A DNA stretch of 64,000 nt from Acidilobaceae archaeon (GCA_038897215.1 JAWAWX010000001.1:736001-800000); one strand, 5' to 3'. Shown: positions 38,198 through 50,239, counted from the first letter of the stretch. Notes: a model not told the origin generated them from the sequence alone. Translations and numbers: made by a program.

Positions 38198-38266
38198 AGA
38201 GGCGGGGATGAGTTAGGCGTTGACTGCGTGGGCTTAGTGGCGAAAAGCCCACAACGACCCGCCTCT
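38198..38266 (+). ncRNA. Putative kink-turn-containing small RNA
   Basis: 9-bp stem, GAU bulge, tandem GA/AG, GUU/AAC, inner GTGGGCTT/AAGCCCAC hairpin. Confidence 0.5.
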
Positions 38267-38320
38267 CCGCTCTGCAAATCACAAAACACTAAAGCGCGCT
38301 GAGTTAAACTCTACCGAGGA

Positions 38321-38405
38321 GCGGGGGTGCCCGAGCCAGGTCGAAGGGGGCGGGCTCAAGACCCGTTGGCGTAGGCCGGCGTGGGTTCAAATCCCACCCC
38401 CCGCA
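38321..38405 (+). tRNA. tRNA-Leu(CAA)
   Basis: GCGGGGG/CCCCCGC acceptor, CTCAAGA loop, long variable arm. Confidence 0.95.
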
Positions 38406-38418
38406 TCACAGTCTCTTT

Positions 38419-39438
38419 CTATGCCTGTGCTAGCTTACTCGCTACTGCTTCCGCGAACTCACTAGTGGTCGCGGAGCCTCCCAAGTCTTGGGTCAGGACT
38501 CTCCTCTCAGCTAGTACTGACTCTACAGCGTGCTCGATAGAGGAGCCCGCATTCGCGAACGTCGCGTTACGGTATTTCTCTCCTAGCCACCTAAGGCTCC
38601 AAGCGAAGCAGAGAATCATGGCTGTCGGATTGGCTACGTTCCTGCCTGCTATATCGAAAGCGGCTCCGTGAACAGGCTCGAACATAGCTTTTGAATCTCC
38701 TAAATTTGCAGATGGAGCTATTCCAATACTACCGCTAACATACGCTGCTAGGTCGCTCAATATGTCTCCATAGAGGTTGGTGGTTAGAATTACGTCGAAT
38801 CTCTCAGGTCTCCTGACTATATCCATCACGGCAGCGTCTACGTAGGCTTCATCTATGGAGACGTCCGGATAGAATCTGGCGACCGTTCTAGCAGTATCTC
38901 TGAATAAACCGTCTGTGACGGGGAGAACGTTAGCTTTATGGACTATCGTCACATGCTTTCTCCTACCTCGAGCCAGCTCTAGCGCTACTCTAGCTATCCG
39001 CTCGCTAGCCCTCCTACTAGTTACTTTGAGAGCTACGGCGACATCTCCCGGCAGTAGATACTCAGCTCTCACATAAACGTCTTCAGTGTTCTCTCTCACG
39101 ATCACCAAGTCTATGTCTTTAAGGCAGAGACTCTTCACGATGCACCGAGCAGGCCTTATGTTAGCATAGAGGTCTAGCCCCCTCCTTATCCTCACCACGA
39201 CGTCTCCTGCACTCTCCCCTACTGGACCCTTTACGATCACATCGGCTTTCTCTAGCATCCTCCATGATGCTGGAGGCAGTGGATCTCCGTACTTAGCCAT
39301 GGCGCTATCGCCCGCCTCTACGAACACTACTTCTAAATCGATACCCCAGAGAGTGAGAGCTTCCCGGAGAACTCGTAGAGCAGCTCTAGAGACCTCTGGC
39401 CCTATCCCGTCTCCCTCAATCACCACAAGTCTCGGCAA
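38419..39438 (-). CDS. leuB: 3-isopropylmalate dehydrogenase
   Basis: GDGIGPEV, RENTED, HKANV, NLYGDILSD, EPVHG; cluster context. Confidence 0.88.
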   Translation of the reverse strand: MPRLVVIEGDGIGPEVSRAALRVLREALTLWGIDLEVVFVEAGDSAMAKYGDPLPPASWRMLEKADVIVKGPVGESAGDVVVRIRRGLDLYANIRPARCIVKSLCLKDIDLVIVRENTEDVYVRAEYLLPGDVAVALKVTSRRASERIARVALELARGRRKHVTIVHKANVLPVTDGLFRDTARTVARFYPDVSIDEAYVDAAVMDIVRRPERFDVILTTNLYGDILSDLAAYVSGSIGIAPSANLGDSKAMFEPVHGAAFDIAGRNVANPTAMILCFAWSLRWLGEKYRNATFANAGSSIEHAVESVLAERRVLTQDLGGSATTSEFAEAVASKLAQA

Positions 39439-40621
39439 CTCTGCTCACACTGCCAGGTAGCTTTCCTACTATCTCTTTGATTAGGTCGTATGTAACTCTA
39501 ACACCCGAGTCTCCGAGTCTTTTAACCTCGGCTAGGACGTAATCTACGAGCTCTTTAGTAGGCTGTATGCACATACTCTTAAGGACGTACTCTACAGCAT
39601 GTCTCCCAGAGTGTTTTCCGACAACTATTCTTCTTTGAAGCCCTAGCATTGATGGGTCGAAAGGCTCGTAAGTCAGAGGATTCGATAGAACTCCGTGCAC
39701 GTGTATTCCTGACTCGTGGGCAAACGCGTTAGCGCCGACTATGGCTTTATTGGGAGGCACTTGAAGCCCAAAATGTCTTGAGATTAGCTCGGCGAGTCTC
39801 GGTATGGAGTATAGCTTGACTCCTGTCTCGAAGCCTAGGAGAAAGACGAGAGTTGTCACGACCTCCTCTAGAGCGGCATTACCGGCTCTCTCCCCCACGC
39901 CTAACACTGTCACATGGACTTGGCGAGCACCAGCTTCAACAGCGGAGATACTGTTGGCTACAGACATACCGAAATCGTCGTGACAATGCACGCTGATTAG
40001 ATAGTCTCCCTTCACCTCTCTTTTGATAAATCTAACTAGCTTCCTCATACTACTAGGTGTAGAGACTCCCACGGTGTCAGCTATATCTATCCGAGATGCT
40101 CCAGCATCGACAACTGCCTGGAACACTCTAGCTAAAAACCGGGGATCAGAGCGTGTAGAATCTTCAGCACTAAACTCTACTATTAGACCGTGCGACTTAG
40201 CATACTCCACAGACCAGACAGCTCTCTCTAGAACCTCCTCTGGGCTCATTCTCAGCTTGTACTTCATATGCATCTCTGAGGTTGCTATGAAGAGGTGTAT
40301 GGATCGAACCTCGGCTTCTATAACTTTATCAATATCGCTCTTCACAGCTCTAGATAAAGCTACAACCTCGGACCTGTAGACATTCCTAGCTATCTCTCTG
40401 ACTGCTCTAAACTCTCCTTCGCTAACAGCTGGATAGCCGGCTTCAATAGCATCCACTCCAGAGTCTTCTAGAGCCAGCGCTATCTCGAGCTTCTGTTGAG
40501 GAGTTAGGGAGACGCCTGGCATTTGCTCTCCATCTCTTAAAGTCGTATCTAGGATTCTCACATAGCTCCTAAGAGCACGTAGCCCGCTAGACTTCTTTTC
40601 TCCAACAATCAGAGGCACCAC
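39416..40621 (-). CDS. leuA: 2-isopropylmalate synthase (short form without C-terminal regulatory domain)
   Basis: DTTLRDGEQ, HCHDD, GERAGN, AHESGIH. Confidence 0.82.
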   Translation of the reverse strand: MVPLIVGEKKSSGLRALRSYVRILDTTLRDGEQMPGVSLTPQQKLEIALALEDSGVDAIEAGYPAVSEGEFRAVREIARNVYRSEVVALSRAVKSDIDKVIEAEVRSIHLFIATSEMHMKYKLRMSPEEVLERAVWSVEYAKSHGLIVEFSAEDSTRSDPRFLARVFQAVVDAGASRIDIADTVGVSTPSSMRKLVRFIKREVKGDYLISVHCHDDFGMSVANSISAVEAGARQVHVTVLGVGERAGNAALEEVVTTLVFLLGFETGVKLYSIPRLAELISRHFGLQVPPNKAIVGANAFAHESGIHVHGVLSNPLTYEPFDPSMLGLQRRIVVGKHSGRHAVEYVLKSMCIQPTKELVDYVLAEVKRLGDSGVRVTYDLIKEIVGKLPGSVSRVAETCGD

Positions 40622-40864
40622 TAGGAACCCCTTATCTGACTAGTTAAAGGTTTTTCGCTGGGGAGCCTCGAGAAACGTTTATAAGCACTCTTCTCTAAGA
40701 GCTTCGAGCCCTGGTGTCGGCTTTTGGTTTTGAAATAACGCACTTCAATGATGTAGACTCCCAGCGCTTAGCTCGACTCAAGTCATGTCGAGAGCAGAGG
40801 AGTGTCGTTAAACGAGCCCCATGGGGTCAGCTGAGAGCACTGAAGCCTTCTCGAGGTGACAGCT

Positions 40865-42580
40865 ATGGTGAGAGGCGCTAGAGTTCTAGCAGAATCTTTG
40901 ATCAGAGAGGGGGCTAGAGTAATCTTCGGTGTTCCCGGTTTATCGAATATGGCGTTTTACGATGCACTATTCGACTACGTCGCTGAGGGTAAGATAAGAA
41001 GCATTCTAGTCAGACACGAGCAAGCAGCTGCTCACGCAGCCGACGCTTATGCAAGAGTCTCCGGTACTCCCGGAGTCTGCACAGCGACATCAGGACCGGG
41101 CGCAGTGAACCTGGTGACGGGCTTGATTACAGCCTACTGGGATAGCTCTCCTGTAGTAGCTATAACGGGACAGGTTCCCAGAGCCTCTATAGGAAAGATG
41201 GCTTTCCAGGAGGCTGATGTTGTCGGGATATTCAAGGATGCTACCAAGTACGTGGTTCAGCTCAAGAGAGCCGAGGAGATCCCCGTATGGGTTAAGAATG
41301 CATTCTACATAGCTATGACTGGTAGAAGGGGTCCAGTAGTAGTAGACATACCGAGAGACTTGCTCACAGCGGATATTCAAAGCATAGAGTATCCGGAGAA
41401 GCCTATGGTTCCAGGTTATAGAGACTTCCCGGACCTCGTAGACCCTCTGGAGCTGAAGAAAGCATCGAGACTAGTCCTTGAAGCGGAGAGACCACTAATC
41501 CTAGCAGGAGCCGGGATCGTTTGGTCTCAAGCTACGAGCGAACTCCTAGCCTTATCTGAGAAGCTATGGATACCAATGGTCTCATCGCTACTAGGGAAGG
41601 CAGCGATCCCCCACAATCACCCACTCTACGTAGGGGTCATGGGATACTATGGTAGAGCAGAAGCGAATCACGTGTTTCTCGAGTCCGACCTGGTGATAGT
41701 TGCTGGAGCTAGATTAAGCGATAGAACTCTACCAAACGTCTCCGATATTGCTGATAAGAAGATAGTGTTCGTAAACAGAGACCCCACAGAGGTTAAGAAG
41801 ATACCAGTACAGCCAGATGCAGTAATAACCGCGGATGCCAAGAAGGCTCTCTCCATGCTACTTGAAGCAGTCGAGGCTCAGATTGCTTTAGGCTACGAGC
41901 CTCGACGCGAGTCTTGGGTCAAGAGAGTCTTCGAGCTGAAGGAGGAATACTCTAAAATCTATTATAGAGAAGAAGGGCGAGGACTCAAGCCTTGGAGAGT
42001 CATGAAGACGGTGAGAAAAAGCATACCTCCAAGCTCGATTGTCACAACGGGAGTTGGACAGCACCAAATGTGGGCTGAGGTCTTCTGGGAGGTTCTAGAG
42101 CCCGGCACGTTCATCACCTCAGGAGGCATGGGGACTATGGGTTTCGGGCTACCAGCGGCTATAGGAGCAAAGGCGGCTAAGCCGGATAGAGTAGTAGTCG
42201 ACTTAGACGGAGACGGTTCTCTACTAATGACTGCGACCAATCTAGCAGTAGCAGTCGAGGAAGACCTTCCAGTCATAGTGGTGGTTTTCGATAACAGAAG
42301 CCTAGGTTTAGTGAGACAAGTTCAAGAACTTTTCTTCAATAAGAGATACATAGCTGTAGACTTAGGCTATGCTACAGACTTCGTGAAGCTAGCTGAAGCA
42401 TTTGGAGCAGACGGATACGACGCGCAAAGCTATGACGAGCTAGAAGCCGCTCTAAACAAATCTCTGAGGTCTGGTAGGACATCCGTGATCAGAGTGCCGA
42501 TACCTACCGAGGAGCTAGCTCTCCCCACGCTACCCCCCGGGGGTAGCCTTAAGCAGATGATAGTATCGCTCTCGGGGTGA
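40865..42580 (+). CDS. ilvB: Acetolactate synthase large subunit
   Basis: RHEQAA, TSGPGAVN, FQEAD, GTMGFGLP, GDGS..N; SD GAGGTGA before ATG 40865. Confidence 0.95.
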   Translation: MVRGARVLAESLIREGARVIFGVPGLSNMAFYDALFDYVAEGKIRSILVRHEQAAAHAADAYARVSGTPGVCTATSGPGAVNLVTGLITAYWDSSPVVAITGQVPRASIGKMAFQEADVVGIFKDATKYVVQLKRAEEIPVWVKNAFYIAMTGRRGPVVVDIPRDLLTADIQSIEYPEKPMVPGYRDFPDLVDPLELKKASRLVLEAERPLILAGAGIVWSQATSELLALSEKLWIPMVSSLLGKAAIPHNHPLYVGVMGYYGRAEANHVFLESDLVIVAGARLSDRTLPNVSDIADKKIVFVNRDPTEVKKIPVQPDAVITADAKKALSMLLEAVEAQIALGYEPRRESWVKRVFELKEEYSKIYYREEGRGLKPWRVMKTVRKSIPPSSIVTTGVGQHQMWAEVFWEVLEPGTFITSGGMGTMGFGLPAAIGAKAAKPDRVVVDLDGDGSLLMTATNLAVAVEEDLPVIVVVFDNRSLGLVRQVQELFFNKRYIAVDLGYATDFVKLAEAFGADGYDAQSYDELEAALNKSLRSGRTSVIRVPIPTEELALPTLPPGGSLKQMIVSLSG

Positions 42581-42586
42581 GGAGGT

Positions 42587-43910
<1,324 letters not shown>

Positions 43911-43947
43911 GGCGATGAGCATGCACAACCTAACGGTGTAGAGAGTC

Positions 43948-44664
43948 GTGACTAGAGCTCACTCTAAACCCTCACATCAGCCAGACGTTCAATCGCTCAT
44001 AAACATAGAGAAAGAAGTAGCAGAAATGGGGGTACGCGTATCCTACGCTCTTGCAGAACGAGTAGCTGAGAGCAAGTACCCCGGTTGTCTTAACCAAGAG
44101 ATAGATAGACTAGTCGACTATCTGGAGAAAGAGTACTCTATAGAGACTCTAAAAGAGAATCCTATAATCAAAGCGTATAGGAGCTTCTACTGGAGGCTCG
44201 GAATAGACCCGACGAAGATAAGACCCTCGAGCGAGGCTCTCGTTAGGAGAATCCTGCGGAGCAAGAAATTCCCCCGAATAAGTCTGGTGGTCGACGCGGG
44301 AAACATAGCCTCAGCTAAGACATTAGTCCCTATAGGTGTCTACGACCTAGATAAGACGTCTCCACCCCTAACGATTAAGCTCAGCTCGGGAGGAGAGGAG
44401 TTTACGCCAATAGGAGGCGCGCCTGAGACTCTCCCTTCCCGCATTCCTATTCTCATAGACAGTAGCGGAGTAGTAATGCACCTCTACCCTTACAGAGATA
44501 GCGTGAAAACCATGGTTGACGAGTCAACTAGGAGAGTTGTCGTGATAGGAGCGGGAGTACCCGGGGTTGCAGATAAGCTACTAGTAGAGGCTGTAGACCT
44601 CACGGTTAGACTAGCTGAGAGATGTGGTTGGGCTCGTCTTAGCGAAACCATTCTCAAGCCTTAG
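43948..44664 (+). CDS. Stand-alone B3/4 domain protein (PheRS-beta editing-like)
   Basis: AYRSFYWRLGIDPTKIRPSSEALVRR, VDAGN, PIGVYD. Confidence 0.85.
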   Translation: MTRAHSKPSHQPDVQSLINIEKEVAEMGVRVSYALAERVAESKYPGCLNQEIDRLVDYLEKEYSIETLKENPIIKAYRSFYWRLGIDPTKIRPSSEALVRRILRSKKFPRISLVVDAGNIASAKTLVPIGVYDLDKTSPPLTIKLSSGGEEFTPIGGAPETLPSRIPILIDSSGVVMHLYPYRDSVKTMVDESTRRVVVIGAGVPGVADKLLVEAVDLTVRLAERCGWARLSETILKP

Positions 44665-44752
44665 CCTCCTCGCGCAAGTCAATTAACCTATTTAATCTCT
44701 AGAGCAAGTCTACCTACGAGAAACTGGAGAGTTTAGAGGGGGCTAGGAGTGC

Positions 44753-46327
44753 GTGGTGGTTTAGAAATCCACTGAGACCGTAGAGGTTCTAGATACTACT
44801 CTAAGAGATGGAGACCAGAGTCCGGGCATCTCGTTCTCGGTTGAGGACAAGATCAAGATAGCTCTCCTCCTAGACGAGCTGGGAGTCGATGTGATCGAGG
44901 GGGGATACCCTGGAGCTAGCCCCAAAGACAGAGAGTTTTTCAAGCTCATGAAGAGCTACAAGCTCTCTCACGCGAAGCTAGCAGCATTCAGCGGGACTAG
45001 GAAAGCCGGGTCGAGAGTTGAACTCGACTATGGGCTTAACGCTGTGATAGAGTCTGAGGTTGACGTTGCAGTCGTCTATGGAAAAGCCTGGAGTCTTCAT
45101 GTCGAGAAAGTTTTAAGAACGACTCTCGAGGAGAATCTCAGCATGGTCTATGATTCGATAGCCTATCTGCGCTCTCACGGTATTCGCGTGATCTTCGATG
45201 CAGAACACTTCTATCAAGGATATCTAGAAGACCCAGATTACGCTACTAAGGTTCTAGAAACGGCTGTAGAAGCGGGCGCAGATACACTAGTACTCTGTGA
45301 CACTAATGGTGGCATGTTGCCTGGAGACGTTTACAGAATCACTAGGAAGGTAGTGAAGACTTATCGGAATAGAGCGACCATAGGAGCCCATATGCATAAT
45401 GACTGCGGTTGCGCTGTAGCCAACACTCTCGAAGCAGTTAGAGCGGGAGCTAGACACGTCCAGGGAACGGTTAACGGTCTTGGCGAGAGAACAGGTAACG
45501 CTGACCTAGTCCAGGTTCTACCAGGAATAGTCTTCAAGCTCGGTTTGAGAGCTCTCGGGAGCGAGGAGAAGCTTAGGAGTCTCAAGAAGGTCTCGAGAGC
45601 AGTTTATGAAATCACTGGGCTAAAACCCGACCCTAGACAACCCTATGTTGGAGACTACGCGTTCAGACATAAAGCCGGCGCTCACATAGACGCAGTCCTC
45701 AAGACTCCTAGAGCATACGAGCACCTGGACCCAGAAGCCGTAGGCTCTTATAGGTCCTTCGAGATAACACATCTCTCCGGCTCCTCTGCAGTAGCGTATG
45801 TAGCGTCTAGGTTGTTGGGGAGAGGTGTGAGGAAATCCGAGGAGAGAGTCAAGAGTATCCTGGCTAAGATCAAAGAGATGGAGATGAGTGGATATAATCT
45901 AAGCGAAGCGCAATCAACGGTACACCTACTGGTCTTAGAGGAGTACTGTGGACCGGCCCCACGTTCTTCGCTAAGAGAGTCTCTATCGGTACTCCTCGAG
46001 TCTCTCAACGACTCAGTGAAGGGAGACGGGGCAGATATCCTATCATTCTTGCTCAACAAGGTCAGCGTGAAGGTAGCTGGCACTAGGCTCCCTCTAGAGG
46101 TGAGAGAGTTAACGGTGAGGAAGCTGAGAGACGGCTACAGAGTGACGGTTGTCACAGATGGTGGCGATTCTTTCCAGAGGGTTTCAAGTAACCTGCTTAG
46201 AGCCGTGCTCGAGGCTGTCGAGGACGCTGTAGTTTACGAAGTGCTTAAAAGGGATTGCGTAAAAGTCTGCTCTAATGAAGACAATAGTGAAGGTGAAGGA
46301 GGCGGGGCTTGTGGGTATGAGGAGTAG
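44753..46327 (+). CDS. cimA: Citramalate synthase; in-frame TAG at 44762-44764 separates the GTG start from the catalytic motif (recoded, non-canonical start, or pseudogene)
   Basis: [10 protein letters not shown] upstream of the called start; [36 protein letters not shown]. Confidence 0.8.
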
Positions 46328-47972
46328 AGAGGTAGTCGAGGGGCTAGAGAGAACTCCTCACAGAGCTCTATTTAAAGCTTTAGGCATGACTGACGATGAA
46401 CTCTCAAGACCTCTCATAGGGGTTGCAAATTCATGGAACGAACTCGTACCAGGGCATAAGCATCTCAGAGAAATCGCGGATGCCGTTAAAGCAGGGATTA
46501 GGCTAGCTGGAGGCACGCCTCTAGAATTCAATACCATAGGGCTTTGTGATGGAATAGCTATGGGTCACGTTGGAATGAAATACTCGCTACCATCAAGGGA
46601 AGTCATTGCCGACTCGGTAGAAGTCATGGCTGAAGCCTACAGGCTCGACGGACTCGTATTGATAGGATCGTGCGATAAGATAACGCCGGGGATGCTAATC
46701 GCGGTGGCTCGCCTAGATATACCGTCAGTGCTCGTGAATGGAGGGCCTATGCTGACTGGGAGGTTTAAAGATAGTAGAGTAGACATTAAATCAGTGTTTG
46801 AGGCAATAGGCATGACGAGATCCGGGAGGATGACTTTCGAGGAACTCAAGATTCTAGAAGAGAACGCCTGCCCTGGAGCTGGCTCCTGCGCGGGGCTCTA
46901 CACAGCCAACACTATGGGAGTGCTCAGCGAGGTACTCGGTATAGCGCTACCTGGTAACGGCACGATCCCGGCTGTTCATGCTTCCAGGATTAGATTAGCT
47001 AAAGAAGCGGGAAGACTTATAGTGAAGCTCGTCGAGAAAGGCGTTAGACCGAGCTCCATAATGACTAGAGAGGCGTTCTTAGACGCTATAGCGGTTGATG
47101 CAGCGCTAGGAGGCTCTACTAACGCGATACTCCACTTGATGGCTATAGCTAGAGAGGCTGGAGTAGACCTGAGTCTAGAGGACTTCGATGAGATATCCGA
47201 GAGAACACCAGTTCTCACAACGATAAGCCCTAACGGACCACACTATCTGGAGGACTTGCATGAAGCTGGCGGAGTGCCAGCTGTGATGAAGGAGTTAAGC
47301 AAGCTAGACTTGATGCATCTAGAAAGAATGACGGTAGCATTGAAGACAGTGAGAGAAATCATCGAGTCAGCAATCGTCACTAGAAGAGACGTCATTAGAC
47401 CTGTCGAGAGCCCCGTTAGCCCTAGAGGAGCTATAATCATTCTCAAAGGCAACCTGGCTCCTCAAGGAGCAGTGATCAAGGTGTCTGCTGTACGCTCAAG
47501 TGTGAAGAGATTCGAGGGTCCAGCTAAGGTGTTCGATTCAGAGGAAGAAGCGGCTAGAGCAATAGCTGAAGGCATGATCGAGAAAGGAGACGTGATAGTC
47601 ATCAGATATGAGGGTCCGAAAGGAGGACCCGGCATGAGGGAAATGCTTGCAGTTACAGCTACGTTAGCAGGAATGGGGCTCGATGCTGACGTAGCGCTAG
47701 TCACAGACGGCAGATTCTCTGGAGCAACGAGAGGCATAGCTGTTGGTCACGTCTCACCCGAGGCGGCAGAAGGGGGGCCAATAGCTCTCATCGAAAACGG
47801 AGATACTATAGTGATAGACTTAGAGAAGAAGAGGCTCGACGTTCTCCTAGATGAGAAGAAGCTGGAGGAAAGAAGACAGAAATGGAGGCCTCCATCGCGA
47901 AAACACAGAGGACTCTTGGAGAGATACTCGAGACTAGCATCTTCAGCTAGCCAAGGAGCTATCCTAATCTAG
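46317..47972 (+). CDS. ilvD: Dihydroxy-acid dehydratase
   Basis: [27 protein letters not shown]. Confidence 0.95.
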   Translation: MRSREVVEGLERTPHRALFKALGMTDDELSRPLIGVANSWNELVPGHKHLREIADAVKAGIRLAGGTPLEFNTIGLCDGIAMGHVGMKYSLPSREVIADSVEVMAEAYRLDGLVLIGSCDKITPGMLIAVARLDIPSVLVNGGPMLTGRFKDSRVDIKSVFEAIGMTRSGRMTFEELKILEENACPGAGSCAGLYTANTMGVLSEVLGIALPGNGTIPAVHASRIRLAKEAGRLIVKLVEKGVRPSSIMTREAFLDAIAVDAALGGSTNAILHLMAIAREAGVDLSLEDFDEISERTPVLTTISPNGPHYLEDLHEAGGVPAVMKELSKLDLMHLERMTVALKTVREIIESAIVTRRDVIRPVESPVSPRGAIIILKGNLAPQGAVIKVSAVRSSVKRFEGPAKVFDSEEEAARAIAEGMIEKGDVIVIRYEGPKGGPGMREMLAVTATLAGMGLDADVALVTDGRFSGATRGIAVGHVSPEAAEGGPIALIENGDTIVIDLEKKRLDVLLDEKKLEERRQKWRPPSRKHRGLLERYSRLASSASQGAILI

Positions 47973-48156
47973 GCATCAAATCCAATCATCACTCCAGATC
48001 AGCTTAACGATAAGTTAAGTATTTCATTGTAGCCACGTATTTCTCGAGATGAGAGCGCTCTCATTCAATTTGCTCTAATTTCATTCCCTCTCATGCCTTT
48101 CAGACTTTACCGATGCGGGCCTAATGGGGAAACCTTAGTTCACGAAGTAGAAGAGT

Positions 48157-48660
48157 CTAGAGCTGAGGGCACGCCGTTTTACCAATTTCCATGAGGTAGT
48201 ACATTAAGCCTCCTCTTCTCAATATCTCTAAGGCTAGCCCTCTCACGGGCTTGCATGCTATGATTCCTCTAGGAGATTCTACGATGCCTTTCTCAACATC
48301 GATGACAACTTCGTCCCCTTCTTCAAGAAGACCTAGCATTTCGGCTTTGCATTCAAGAACAGGGAGACCATTGTTTATAGCGTTTCTGTAGAATATCCTC
48401 GAGAACGATTCAGCTAGTACTGCGTTGACCCCGGCAGCTTTGAGTGCTATCGCTGCCTGCTCTCGCGAAGACCCTATCCCGAAAGCTTTCCCCGCTGAGA
48501 TCACAGAGCCTCTGAGCTTTCTTCTAAACTCTTCTCCTAACGCTTCGAAGACGTGTACAGCAAGATAGTCTGGGTCTGTGTATTTCAGGTGTCTCGCTGG
48601 TATGATTAGGTCTGTGTCGATGTTATCCCCCATCCTGACAACCCTACCAGAAACCCTCAA
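48157..48660 (-). CDS. leuD: 3-isopropylmalate dehydratase small subunit
   Basis: DNIDTDLIIP, GSSREQA, RIFYRNAIN. Confidence 0.92.
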   Translation of the reverse strand: MRVSGRVVRMGDNIDTDLIIPARHLKYTDPDYLAVHVFEALGEEFRRKLRGSVISAGKAFGIGSSREQAAIALKAAGVNAVLAESFSRIFYRNAINNGLPVLECKAEMLGLLEEGDEVVIDVEKGIVESPRGIIACKPVRGLALEILRRGGLMYYLMEIGKTACPQL

Positions 48661-48667
48661 TCCCCTC

Positions 48668-49897
48668 TCACCACGGTCTCGTTATCCTACCTAGAGCAGC
48701 GGTAGCAGCGGCTACAGCAGGCCCCGCTAGGTATATCTTGGCAGTAGCGCTACCCATTCTTCCAGTAAAGTTTCTGTTCGAAGTCGAGACCACGACCTCC
48801 CCCGGTCCGGCTATACCGAAGTGACCCCCGAGGCATGGGCCACAAGTGCTGTGCGTGACTACGCAGCCAGCTTCAGTCAACACCTCTATGTAGCCTCTTC
48901 TTAGAGCCTCCAGGAATACCCTTCGAGAAGCGGGTATCGCTATGCATCTAGTCTTGGCTTTCCTCCCCTTCAGGACCCTAGCGGCTATCTCTAGATCGCT
49001 CAGCCTCCCGTTAGTGCAAGAACCTATGAATACGTAGTCCACCTCTACCCCCTCAACTTCCTCGACATTCTTCACGTTATCGATAGTAGGTGGAGCGGCT
49101 ACCAGGAAGTCTACTCGAGATAGCTCGACCTCAAGCTCGTCGGAGTAGCCTGAGAGCGAGAAGTCCGGGAGGGGTGGAGCACGGCCTCTCATGCTTTCGA
49201 GAAACGAGACTGTAAGAGAGTCGGGAGCTACTATGAGAGCGTCTGCGTTCATCTCGATACCCATGTTCGCTAAAGTTGCCCTATAGTCCATAGGCATAGC
49301 TCTAGGTTCCTCCACGAAAACCTCGAGAGACTTCCCGCTGAGATACGTTAGCCCCAGCTCTCTTATGACCTCCAACGCTACCTCCTTACCGGTCACAAAC
49401 TCCCTCAAGTATCCCAGAAGTCTCAGCTTGACAGCATCCGGGACCGTTAGCCAGATCCTGCCTCTCGCTATGGCTAGAGCTAAGTCGCTCGCTCCCAGTC
49501 CTTGAGCGAAAGCACCTAACGCTCCAGCAGTACACGTATGGCTATCCGCGCCCACCACTACTTGACCCGGTAGAGCTACCTCTTCTAGTATCACTTGATG
49601 CATTATACCATAGCCATAGTCATAGAATCTCGTAATCGAGTACGTTCTCGCAAACTCTCTAATCCTCATCTGGAGCTCAGCGCTCCTCAAGTCTGGGGGT
49701 GGGGCTAGATGATCAAACACTACTACGAGCTTATCGAGCCCGCAGAAAGTCTTCACGCCCGCTTTCTCAAGAATCTCTATTACATGATAGCCTGTTAGGT
49801 CGTGGAACGCGATCACGTCTACAGCCACATCTACGACCTCGCCGGGAGAAACGCTCCTCCCACTATTTCTCTCTAATATGCTATGAGTTATCGTCAA
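48668..49897 (-). CDS. leuC: 3-isopropylmalate dehydratase large subunit
   Basis: DSHT, GSCTNGR, CGPCLG, SNRNF. Confidence 0.92.
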   Translation of the reverse strand: MTITHSILERNSGRSVSPGEVVDVAVDVIAFHDLTGYHVIEILEKAGVKTFCGLDKLVVVFDHLAPPPDLRSAELQMRIREFARTYSITRFYDYGYGIMHQVILEEVALPGQVVVGADSHTCTAGALGAFAQGLGASDLALAIARGRIWLTVPDAVKLRLLGYLREFVTGKEVALEVIRELGLTYLSGKSLEVFVEEPRAMPMDYRATLANMGIEMNADALIVAPDSLTVSFLESMRGRAPPLPDFSLSGYSDELEVELSRVDFLVAAPPTIDNVKNVEEVEGVEVDYVFIGSCTNGRLSDLEIAARVLKGRKAKTRCIAIPASRRVFLEALRRGYIEVLTEAGCVVTHSTCGPCLGGHFGIAGPGEVVVSTSNRNFTGRMGSATAKIYLAGPAVAAATAALGRITRPW

Positions 49898-50179
49898 GAC
49901 TCTTCACTCTCTAAGGCGCATCGAGAAGACCCACTAGCAACCTACAGCTTAAGAGAGTTACGCTAGACTCGAGTCATAATAAAGAGAGTCTGCAAGACTC
50001 TTCGAGTAACAGGAGGCGATGCCATCTGAGACCACACAGCTAGCCCACATAACCCGAAGAAAGGTCAGACTCACAGCTCTCAATAATCGCAGTGATCGTA
50101 AAGAGAGGCTAGAGCCTTGAGAGGCTTCAACTAGCACTCTCGACTCCAACACTCTAGCTGAAACTAGGGAGCTAGCGTT

Positions 50180-50239
50180 GGCATCAGCACCAGAAACCGT
50201 CATCACTATCTTCAGCTAATCGAGCTATCATCACCTACC
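50180..50239 (-). ncRNA. C/D box guide sRNA
   Basis: GTGATGA-12 nt-CTGA-5 nt-GTGATGA-12 nt-CTGA with GGTA/TGCC terminal stem. Confidence 0.9.

Noticed and set aside
47973-48156. CTGA/GTGATGA boxes on the minus strand between ilvD and leuD
   Set aside because: No complete C-D'-C'-D layout with 10-12 nt guides
49958-50206. 82-aa ORF upstream of leuC as a leader peptide
   Set aside because: Starts inside a C/D box sRNA; no Leu-run attenuator features
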